64,000 nt of DNA from Zootoca vivipara (Eukaryota): assembly GCF_963506605.1 (NCBI RefSeq), contig NC_083284.1:20708001-20772000 (forward strand). Reading direction: 5' to 3'. The translations under genes and the position numbers were made by a program. Positions within the stretch are counted from its first letter, which is position 1. Every line of letters starts with the position of its first letter. Of the stretch, positions 13,301-23,616 are shown piece after piece. The notes beneath the pieces are model-generated. The model saw only the letters and a list, made by a program, of their open reading frames with translations. It made no database searches and was not told where the DNA came from.

Positions 13301-16300
13301 GGCAATTGTAGCTACGGGCAGCCTCCCTGAGGTCCTGTGCACCAGGATTGTCCCATCTTGGCTGGATGGCAGCATCTTGCCCCCGCTACTTGCTTTGGCC
13401 CCTGTCTCTGAAACCATGCTGGCCCTCTTGTCTTCCTTGCTGTTGCTTACTGCCTGACAGGTTATCACCATGGGAGACAGAGGCCTGGAAATGCCTGCTG
13501 TCACCAGCCGCTTGGGTTTCTGCTCAGATGTTCCCTGGTCAGAGTTGACACTGCCTCTGTCACTGTTGTTATCCCCCGACTCGTGGCTATAGCTACTCTT
13601 AATTAGTTTCCTGACATCTGTAACCTGATGGATAGGCCCTTGCACCTTGTGTTTGTTTTCTCTTACATCGCGTACCAGGAATTGAGGCACTTTGTCCGTA
13701 CCTTCCCCTTTGAATTGTTTTTGCTGCTGGCCTCTGGTATCTTCAGCTGCCTTGAAAAAGTTTGGGACACTTCCAGATAGCTTGGGTGTGAGGAGCTTAG
13801 CAATATTGAAAGGGTGATCTTTATTTTGCTGCATGCTACCCAAACTGATCTTGATCTCAGGAGGTTTGGGCTTTATCATTGTGGTAGCGATGGCAGTCTG
13901 AGCCGCTGTGTTGGTTGCTGTAGAATATTTTGTCACTTGTGTGCTGGATTGCTTTTCTTTGGTTGTTTGTTGAATATTTGGGACAAAGAGACGAGACATT
14001 TTAGTTGATTTGCTGGCTGAGAATTCTCCCAAATCAGCCTTCCAGTCACCTTTGGAGGAATTTTTCAGTTTTCCCACAGGAGCTTTCTCCTCCTTTTTCT
14101 CTGCTTCTTTTTCTTTCCATGTTCTAAATGCACTGTTCTGGCTGCGGAGAAAAGTTGCCTTGAGAGTTTCAGAAGCACTCTCTTTTATTTTACATGCCTC
14201 TTCTAAGAGTGTTTCAGAAAGGGATCGATCCAGGCTAATATTTCCCTCCCGGGGAGTAGATGGCTTGGAGGTAGGGGACTTGCTGTCAAAAAACTCCCCC
14301 AAATCATCTGCTGTTACAATAGTGTAATCAGAGCTGCCTTCTGAATATCTAGAATTCTGTCTCTGCAAACCCCCATCCCTTAACTTTTCTTTGAAAGCAC
14401 CATCTACCTCTTTAGAAGATAAGGAATTGGACATACCAGAATATGTGGTGTCCGAGAGTTCGCCCCTTTCCATTTTGAATTCATGCTCCAGTTGCATTTT
14501 CTTTGAGATAACATTTTTAAGGAGACTAGATGCAAACTTTGATTTATTCTGTGTGCCTTCCATGGTTTCTGCAGCCAGCCCAGTTTGTTTGCAAGTTTCA
14601 TTGCCCAGCTCCTTTGGCAGTGTTTCTGTAACTTCATCTGTGCAACTTGATCCAGCAGCAGCATTTTCAGAAGGTTTAGCAGGTCTGGGGACACCCGCTT
14701 TTATATTGCTGCTAAAATTCAGAGTCTCCAACAAAGTAACAACCCGGGAGCCTGACTGGATCCGTTTTTCAAAGCAAGGCGGTGTCTCAACATGCGTTAT
14801 TTCCCCATCAAGCTTGCTGACAACAAACTCTAATGCTTTAGTCTGTGACTTATTGGAGTGAATGTAGAACTGGTCACTGGATGTCTTTGTCCCAGTGCTT
14901 CTGTTCCATCCTGCAGATGCGGTGCTGCTTTTGAAAAGATTTTGCTCTGCTTTCTGCCCAAGGCTGCCACACTTTAAATCCAAGTAAGTTGACCACCGGT
15001 TGATTCCTAGTGTGTGATCCGAAAGAGATGTGGAGGATTCACTGGAGCTCAAGTTCAAGGTATCAAAGTAGGGATAAGCTAAGCTGCGGAATGCCCTTGC
15101 TGTCAGGCTTCTTACTTCTTTATCTGCATCATCCAACTCACTTACCACGCTTGAGGCACCGCTTGAATATCCTCCCAATTCTCTTGCTCTTATGGCTCCA
15201 CACCTAGTTTGCAAACGTGCAGGAACTGCAATAAATTTTTTTGCATAGTCATGAAACACATCTTGTTTCAAACTTGAATTTCGTTCATGAGCTGTAGAGA
15301 CACAGAGGCTCATGTCGCCTTCATGCTTGGCAGCATAAATAATGTTTTGCTTTTCGTGCTGGTTGCTAGGCTCATTTATAGCCCTGGAAGTAGGTTTGAT
15401 TGATAGGAGTATCTGGCCTGCCGAATTCTCACTCATGTTGCTGAGGTTCTTGGACTGACTTTCTTCCGAGCTGGCGCATTTGTCTGTGCTAGGGGTATCA
15501 TTTTCAGAATTAATGCTGACTATCTCTTTACTGCTGGTATTATCGATACTGTCTGTCCGATTATTGGGATCACTAGTGGTCGTGCTGAGATAACAGCTAT
15601 TGTCCTCTTCTGTCTGGGTATCCGCAAGAGTCTCGTCACTCCCAAAGGAAGCGTAATCCACAAAGGAATAAATCACGTTGTTGTCCTCGAAATCCCACCG
15701 AGAGGCTAACCCATAATCAAAGTCCATGTCATGGTCCACTTCGCTAAGCTGGATTTCATGGGTTGTAATATAATGTGCTTCATCGTTATTGTTACAGTTG
15801 TTCTCACTGGTGTAGCTTTGCTGTGAGTGCATCAGTTGTGAAGCACGCCTGCACCCTCCTCTCTGGTTACTAAGACAGATTTCTTTGCAGTCTGCATCAT
15901 CGTCCTCATCACTTTCATATCCAAATGAAGAAGAGGAGGTTTTCCCCTCCGTTCCCATGTCATCCATTTTTGGAAAGCTGCCTGTCTCTTGTACTGGCGA
16001 AGGACAAGAGGATGAGGATGATTCTGGGCAGCCATTTGTGTAAAGCTGAATGTTGGAGATACTAGGGGACAAAGTGTTCTCAGACCCTTCTGAGCTGTTG
16101 CGAGTGATGCTTCCCCCCACCTCATCAGCCTTCATCCCCACAGGGGAAGGAGTGCCTTCCATTTTAGATTTATAATCCTGAGGTGCTTCATTTGCAGATT
16201 TGTCTGCCAGAATATTGTTAGCCAATCTGTTAACCTCACTGATCCCATAAGGTCCATTTTTAGGTTTGATAAAGGCCACTTTACTTCCATTCCCTGCCAA

Positions 16301-16492
16301 AGTCAGTTTTAGAGCTCGGGGACTCTCTCCCCTCCCTCCAGGGAAATCATAAATCTCCACATATTTTGATTCCTCAGATGAGGATGTTGATGGCTCTTGA
16401 GAATGGTGCTTCATCATTCGGCTGTTGCTTTCTCCAGCATTCCCTTTTTGAGTGATGATCGGCTCAGCAGGCGATTTTGTAAGCAGTTCCAT
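11525..16492 (-). CDS. C4orf54: C4orf54 orthologue (DUF4585-domain protein, ~1655 aa), single coding exon
   Basis: Uninterrupted 5-kb ORF with blocks I recognise from C4orf54: [88 protein letters not shown], the DUF4585 motif [18 protein letters not shown]...[15 protein letters not shown] (~11930-12065) and C-terminal [22 protein letters not shown]. The track start (16501) is GTG; the first ATG is at 16492 in strong Kozak context (GGA ATG G). Confidence 0.95.
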   Translation of the reverse strand: [1655 protein letters not shown]

Positions 16493-16555
16493 TCCGATCA
16501 CTGCAAGTTGACTGAAGGGAACAAAGAGATTTCGACCAAGACTCGAAGCTGGGAG

Positions 16556-16852
16556 TCACACACGTGTCTCCAGTGCTGTGGTTCCCAACTTCACTCCCTG
16601 CAGTTTAGCGGAAGACCCTGGAGAGACGCCCGATAGTCCCGCAGTGGTAGTAAGGCGGGTGGCTGCTGTTGTCTCTGCGGAGATGGGGGGGGGTAGCTGC
16701 TGCTGCCAGTGTCTTATTCCAGAGCTATGAAGTACAGTTGTTGGTTTGGCACGAAGAGCTGTCAGTCTGAATGCCATTGGTAACTGAAGTAGCAGTATTA
16801 GCAGCATCTGCAGCTCAGCTTCCCCAGACATCCCAAAATGAAGAGAAAGCAT
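16556..16852 (-). CDS. 98-aa upstream ORF in frame with C4orf54 (uORF or interrupted N-terminal extension)
   Basis: Same frame as the main ORF. Ends at TGA 16558-16556, followed by 21 sense codons to ATG 16492. Starts MLSLHFG, similar to the annotated human N-terminus as I recall it (MLSFHFW). Confidence 0.5.
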   Translation of the reverse strand: MLSLHFGMSGEAELQMLLILLLQLPMAFRLTALRAKPTTVLHSSGIRHWQQQLPPPISAETTAATRLTTTAGLSGVSPGSSAKLQGVKLGTTALETRV

Positions 16853-16974
16853 ATGGAAATTCTTGTACTTCTAGTTATGAAGGGGACAGGGGGTCTTGTT
16901 CAGTATATAGTCATTATATAGTTAGAGGAATATTAGCCTTATTTATTACGTAGTATTTGGACCGAGAGAATGCT

Positions 16975-17000
16975 CTGTGACAAGAAGAAGGGGTAGCAGG
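16975..17000 (-). other. Putative 3' splice acceptor for the large C4orf54 exon (exon 16974..11486)
   Basis: Minus strand CCCTGCTACCCCTTCTTCTTGTCACAG|AGCATT: strong polypyrimidine tract plus CAG. Confidence 0.6.
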
Positions 17001-18309
17001 GTGGAAAGCATATACTGCTGTTTGAAGTGCTAATTTTAAATATATAAATAAAAATATATATTTTTATTTACACTGTTTGCATGGACAAGAGGCTCACATT
17101 GAACTAAGTTTTCATACAGCATTGAAGACAACAAATTATTTACAGTTTTAATAGTAAACTTTTAAAAACTTCCGAATTTTAGTTCATATTAGAGAAGTTA
17201 GTTTGTCTAGCACCTGGTTGAAATTTCATGCAAAAATGTTTAAAGTATTTATTTCATGCCCAAAGTTTTTCAAAAGGTTTTTCTTTAGTGTAGCCCCATA
17301 TCAGAATTATTGTTTTCCTCCAAAATACTTGAAGCAAACATCTTCTGGATGTCTTAGAACACATATAGTTAAATAAATGAATTTAGGTACCGTAATTTGA
17401 AATTACCGTACACAGAATCTATCAGTTAAACCCTCAATTCTATAAACTGAGTACAGAAGGAAAGAGTTTTAGTCAAGGCATGTCAGCCACAATTAATTGC
17501 ACTTAATTCCCATTAGAGTCAAGCGGACTTAAGCACGTCTAACTTTATGCTGGATTGTGGCCACCTGTTATAATCAGATCCAATCACATTTCAGCACAGA
17601 AGACAATTGATAATCTTGGGTAACAAATCATTTACCTTCTCTCTGACTCTTGTAAAGCTGTTCCTTGGATAACAAGCAACTTTTTGTACCTCACAAGAAG
17701 AAAATAATTTCCTACTGAATCTTCAGATATGTCTTTAACCGCCTGGAAAGGGAAGTTGAAGAGAAGCACTGGGAAATGTTAAACTGGTTTGGATTTTCAT
17801 AGCCACTTTGGTGAGAGGAATGAAACTGTGGAGCATTTTTGTAAGATCAGTGTAGCTTGCTAGGTCAAAACTATTAACTATACATAGACTGTGTGTCATA
17901 TCATCCGATTGAATAAAGTACTATTTTAAACTATCACATTTGTACATAGCAGAAATAAATGTGTTCAGCCATCAGTCACAGCAAGAATCCCAACCCCCAC
18001 TAATAAAATGTTCTTGCCCATCTTTCTACTTTCAAACACTTAATGTGGAAAGCTGTTACTGATAGCAAGGAAAATACAAACAAAAGATGTGAAATGGTGG
18101 ATCAGGTAGAATTAAGTGATGTTTGCGTAGGAACTGTAGTTTGGAAAAAAATTTCATTTGGGTAACCTGTGGGTGGAAAAACCATGTTCCAAATGTATAC
18201 CTTCTGGACCAGAGGCAATGTTCTTTACCATGTTTTTTTTTTTTTTTACAATGTTGTGCTTTAAGACAATGTTGGCCAATCTGAAAATTAAGGAAACATT
18301 TCTATAACC

Positions 18310-18590
18310 ATATAATTTATTTATATTCACTTTCTTTGAAAAAGGGTGTAGTACAGGAATGCTAAATATTCAGAATGATAAAACTTCAAAAGAATAAACA
18401 CTTGAGCAGCACTAAAACAGCCTATAACTTTTAAAACAGCAGGGGATGGAGCATACATCAAGTGCCTGGCTGGATAAAAAAATGTGTTTATAGACTTCCT
18501 GAAAGCAGGAAGTAAGGGAGCCTTTCTAAAGCTCCATGACCATGGCACCACCACCAAGAAGACCCTTTCCATGGTGACCAAGTACTTCAG
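18310..18590 (-). mobile_element. Degraded L2-type LINE 3' fragment
   Basis: Resembles squamate L2 3' ends (minus-strand translation ERVFLVVVPWSW...FRKSINTFFY). Confidence 0.5.
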
Positions 18591-19966
18591 ATATGTCTGT
18601 AAATGGTTGGAAATGGGAGTCAAGCCCACAGTGGCATCCTCTCTTTCCACTGGAGAAAGGCCAAAGACTATCCAAAGACTATTTTAGGGCTAAAGTAAAT
18701 TAATATTGGCAAAGGTAGACTTTTAGGTAACCTGGGCGTCTTTATTGTTATGCAACAGGGATTTGTTTGTTGTGAAAAGGATCCTTCGAAGACATTTCCT
18801 TTCCATCCGTGGGAAAAGGAACAGCAGTAGAAAACTCAAAAAGGGAAGGAGCAATGTGTTCAACAGTGTTTCCTTTTATCTATGACAGCTCAGATTTGGT
18901 CAGTAACATTTCCTCATAACATCAGGTAGCTGGTTGGGGTAGACTTCCATTTAACATTGGCAATACTGCATAAGGTGAAACTTGTGAAACAATGTAAGAT
19001 GGAGTCTTAAGTGTCTTTAGTAGATAGATTACTAACATTAAAGATGATTTATATTGAAATAGAATGAGAATAGATCCGTAAGAAAGGAGGGAAAGAGAGG
19101 GAAAGGTGCCACATTCCATCTTCTTTAGGAGAAGAACTTTGATGATACTCAACAATGGGAGAATATTCAAATAAAAGGATTTTTAAAAACTAATTTACCC
19201 ACTATAGTCTATTTATAACTGATAATGTTAAAGTAATTGTTGTCCAGAAGCATTCTGTGACTACAAAATAAGGCAGTTTTAAAATTATAGTTAGAACGAA
19301 GACAGCATTTCTAGGAAAATGGAATGTTCAGGTTATATTACAGGCTGGACATTCAATCAGAGTAAGGCACTGAGCCAGTCATACAGGGTTCATAATGTAA
19401 TGACCTGCCATACAGGATAGCCAAATTTGGGAATCAATTTGGATCATGAATCACTTCTCAGGACATCTGTGTCTAAGATCAGGTGGGAGGGATTTAAGTC
19501 CCTGGGCAGTAGAAAGGAAAAGCATCACAATTTCACACTTTCACCATGACAGCATCTGGTCATGGAGAGCTATTTCAAGTGTCCAGGAAGGTCCAGTGGG
19601 AGAAATATAATTTCCAGGGAGGAAATTGATTATGAAGGGCAAAAACTGGTTTGGAAGGACGTCTCTTTTAAGAGAGTTACCTGCAAAAAATATCCCCAGT
19701 TACAACCTGTCATCTTTGTACCCAGTATGAAAATACAACACATTTAATGAAGTTTCCACTACATGCCAGGGGTTCAGATTGTACCAGTAGCTTGCTTTTT
19801 GAGGTTTGCAAGTCACCATGGGCTGACTGGATAGCACCAAGAATTCCATTAGCTTGTACAAAACGGCCCTCTAGTGTTGAAATATTATATTGTATTAGTT
19901 TCTTGGTGTTTCAGAAGATAAGCACACACCTTCAAAAAATATGTAATCTCTTGCTTTAGTCTACAA

Positions 19967-20703
19967 CAGGGGTTCCCATCAAAATTTTCTCGAGGACCCC
20001 TCATCGAGCCGCTATTGTGACAAGGACCCCCATTAATTCCTAATCCTAAATCTAATTCCTAATTCCTAATCTAATTTTTCCAGTAAGCTTAACACTGATC
20101 TTGGAAGGGTTAGGTTCAAGGGACGCCGACGATTTAGGTTCAATGGACACTGACAAGATCGGTTCGAGAGTCACTGACTTACTTGCTTGAACATCAAATG
20201 CATTATCTTCCTCTTCATCTGTAGGCCTTTGTCGTTTTAACGAACCACTTTTTAACCAACGGTCCATTTTTAACTACGCAAACTGTAGCTTCCGCGAAAA
20301 ACAACGCTTTGTTTACAAACAATACTGTTTTGCAAAGAGGCAGCGCGTGCCAGGGAGGAGGGAGGGGAATGGAGAAGACAGGGTACCTGTGCAGTAGCGC
20401 ACAAATGAAGCCGGCGCGCACAAAGCATCTTGGGGAGGTGAGCGTTAGTAGAATGTGCGCGCTGCCGCTTTGCAAAACAGTAGTGTTTGTAAAGCACCAG
20501 CTAACGGCATACAGCAGAACTACTGCCTCTATCTAATTCTAGTTTAGCGCTAGACTGCTCATGCAGGAAGCGGCCAAAACAAAAAATATGTTATCATATG
20601 AAATATATTTAATATTTTTTTTATTCTAATAGCATCTTGCGGACCCCTCTGGCATAGCCCGCGGACCCCTGGGGGTCCCCGGACCACCTGTTGGGAACCA
20701 CTG
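19967..20703 (-). mobile_element. Internally deleted hAT (Charlie/Buster) transposon retaining the transposase N-terminus
   Basis: TIR CAGGGGTTCCCA / TGGGAACCACTG; TSD GTCTACAA (19959-19966 and 20704-20711). ORF 20267-20052 begins MDRWLKSGSLKR, like Buster/Charlie transposases. Confidence 0.85.
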
Positions 20704-20761
20704 GTCTACAACATGGTCGCTACTAGGAAAGTTTAATATAGAACATTTTTCATAAGAAGTA

Positions 20762-21051
20762 CAGTGGTGCCTCGCTTAACCAATGCCCTGCTTAATGAAA
20801 TTTCCGCTTAACGAAAGGATTTTTCGAGCGGAGCTTGCCTCGCTAGACGAATGCGTTTTACGAAAAATTCGTCTAGCGACTCGCGGTTTCCCATAGGAAT
20901 GCATTGAAATTCAATTAATGCATTCCTATGGGCAAAAAAAAAAAATCCAAAAAAAAAAATCAATGCATTCCTATGGGATTCGCTAGATGAATTTTTCGCT
21001 ATAAGAAAAGACCCATGGAATGAATTAATTTCGTCTAGCGAGGCACCACTG
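20762..21051. mobile_element. Tc1/mariner MITE
   Basis: TA TSD; TIR CAGTGGTGCCTCGCT; internal CCCATAGGAATGCATTGA inverted repeats. Confidence 0.9.
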
Positions 21052-21566
21052 TATTAGATACTTTTGCCAAAAAAGAAAAAAAGAATTAATACATAAGGAG
21101 AGCCCTGCTGCCTCAGACCACAGGACCATCTAGTCCAGCCTCCTATTTTTACAATGGCCAACCAGAATGCCTACAAGAAACCCACAAGCAGGACCTCAGT
21201 GCAATACACTCTTCCCACATGGTCTGGTTTAACCTGGGAAGAGTCTTGAGGGCCAGCTAATGACGCCTGATACAACTAATACTGCAGACTTCGGTGTGCA
21301 GCAGAATTTATTTGACAGAGTGTAAAGTGATTTACTTTACATAAGCACCTATTCCATCAGGCTGCAGGAGAGAGAGAGGGGAAGGGAAGGGATGGGAAGC
21401 AGGGCCACTCCATCTGTTCAACTGAGAGACCAGCTTCTGGTGCCTCCTCTTCAATTGTTTTTATTCTATTCAATTGTTATAAAAACTAAGATCAGGTGGC
21501 TGAGTTTCCTTTTATTATTTATTTTTATAGCCACTGTATGATGTTGTTGTTGTTGTTGTTGTTGTT

Positions 21567-21934
21567 TTTGAATTATGGTGCTGGAGGAGACTCTTGAGAG
21601 TCCCATGGACTGCAAGAAGATCAAACCTATCCATTCTGAAGGAAATCAGCCCTGAGTGCTCACTGGAAGGGCAGATCGTGAAGCTGAGGCTCCAATACTT
21701 TGGCCACCTCATGAGAAGAGAAGACTTCCTGGAAAAGACCCTGATGTTGGGAAAGATGGAGGGCACAAGGAGAAGGGGACGACAGAGGACGAGATGGTTG
21801 GACAGTGTTCTCGAAGCTACCAACATGAGTTTGACCAAACTGTGGGAGGCAGTGCAAGACAGGAGTGCCTGGCGTGCTCTGGTCCATGGGGTCATGAAGA
21901 GTCGGACACGACTAAACGACTAAACAAAAACAAC
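21567..21934 (+). mobile_element. RTE/BovB LINE 3' fragment
   Basis: RVPWTARRSNLSILKEISPECSLEGQIVKLRLQYFGHLMRR...HGVMKSRTRLND followed by a (CAA)n tail. Confidence 0.95.
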
Positions 21935-22191
21935 ATCAAATGTTTTTTTTGGTTGAAAGGTGGGACAAAACTGCTTTGAAAACATCTAAATGTAGAGCCA
22001 CTTTGGGCCTTCTTGCAGGTCAAACTGCTGAAAAAACTACCAATGTCTTCCTGGTTTGTGAATCTTACGCTTGTTGGAAGCTTCCTACATAGTGGAACTT
22101 TCCATGCTAACTTTTTTTGTCAGGAAAATAACCAGTATGTATTTAATAATGAGTGGGATCCACTGAAATTTAAAGAATTAGGAAATGATTA

Positions 22192-22220
22192 GGAGGAGGA
22201 GGAGGAGGAGGAGGAGGAGG
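22192..22220. repeat. (GGA)n microsatellite
   Basis: Seen directly in the sequence. Confidence 0.9.
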
Positions 22221-23478
22221 AAGAGTGCGGAATCTGTTTCAGCTAAAATAATCTGTTGCAGCAGGGGCAAAATCTTGTTATCCTTAGTGTAATCCTTGGC
22301 AGTTTGGCTTAAGTAGTACTTGTCATTTAGATGGATAGTTAACAGGACAAATGCATGTAAGAACTGGAATTGGAAATTGGAAGAATTTGTGGGGGTTTTT
22401 TTAGATGGGTTGTTTCTTGTGGTGTACTTGAATAACTACTATCAATAACTTAATTTATTTTTATATGCATGTTATAATGTTGAGTTACATTTCTTTAAAA
22501 GCAGGAACAAAAATTGTAACTTCATTTTGAAGTGGCACAAACATTTCATTGCCATAGGACTCATTCTGCTACATTTGTGGATCTGACCTTATTCCTGAAC
22601 AACTTATACTAGATTGTCTTTTCTGTTAAAGCATTCTGAACATCTCAGAACAAGGACTTCTGTGCATTAGAGACCTATTTGCACGACCTTAAAAACATTT
22701 AAAACAAAAAACAAGAAACCCAAATCTTTAGTCCCCTTTTTCATTTGAGAGATTAGGATCATAATAAGCTATTTTGCACATGTCAAACACTCCTGGCAAC
22801 CTTTTCAAATTTGCCTTTCCCTGCAAGCGCGACCCTCTTCCAAGGAATGGAACTGTAAACCTGGACAGGTTTCAAGACCTTAACCTGAGTGAGATTAAAA
22901 GGATTTAGAGGCCTTACATTGCCCCTTAGAATGGGAGACTGCATTTCCTCTCCAGGATGAGAACGGATCATATTCTGGCATGCTGTATTACACAGTGCAA
23001 TGTGCTGCCTTGTAACTGAAGCCCTGTTAGTGTCAGGGGCAGAAGTACTTGCGAAATAACAGATACAAAAAAGTACTCCCTTTCCCCTTAATCAAGTCAC
23101 ACCATCACGCCAGATGCTCTTTGCAAACACGCTGACCAAGGCATGATGAAGTTATTAAATTGTTAACCTTTTGCATCCCCCCCTCCCTGGCTCATCATGC
23201 TGCATTTATTTTAGAAAGAAGCACCTTTTAAAGAAAGCAGAACTACTGCTCAATTTCTGTTGCATGAATGCCTTTCCACCAAACAGATTAAGAGCTAAAC
23301 ACCTGCCATCCTGACATGCAAATAATCTTCACTACATCCATCTAGAATTTACAGTGCTGTTGGCATGAAAGAGTATTTATGGGAATAGCTGGCTTTACTG
23401 AAACCCAAGGAGATAGCATTTCATGCACAAGCAGCGTGTATCATGAGAAAAACTGAGTACAAGAAGTTTTGCGGACAC

Positions 23479-23516
<38 letters not shown>

Positions 23517-23616
23517 TTCCTTTTAGCCCCTTTTGTCCTTGGAACAGAGGATAAAAGGCCTTCATTGGGTGGGGTGGGAGAATCAGTGAGATGAAAATGT
23601 AGGAGTATTTCAAATA

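Noticed and set aside
11325-13548. Overlapping antisense and alternative-frame ORFs (up to 332 aa) within C4orf54
   Set aside because: Confined to the GC-rich segment where stop codons are scarce; low-complexity R/G/A/P products with no recognisable domain.
16556-16558. Selenocysteine recoding of the in-frame UGA
   Set aside because: No SECIS element identified by eye and no redox motif around the codon; a SECIS search of the UTR would be needed.
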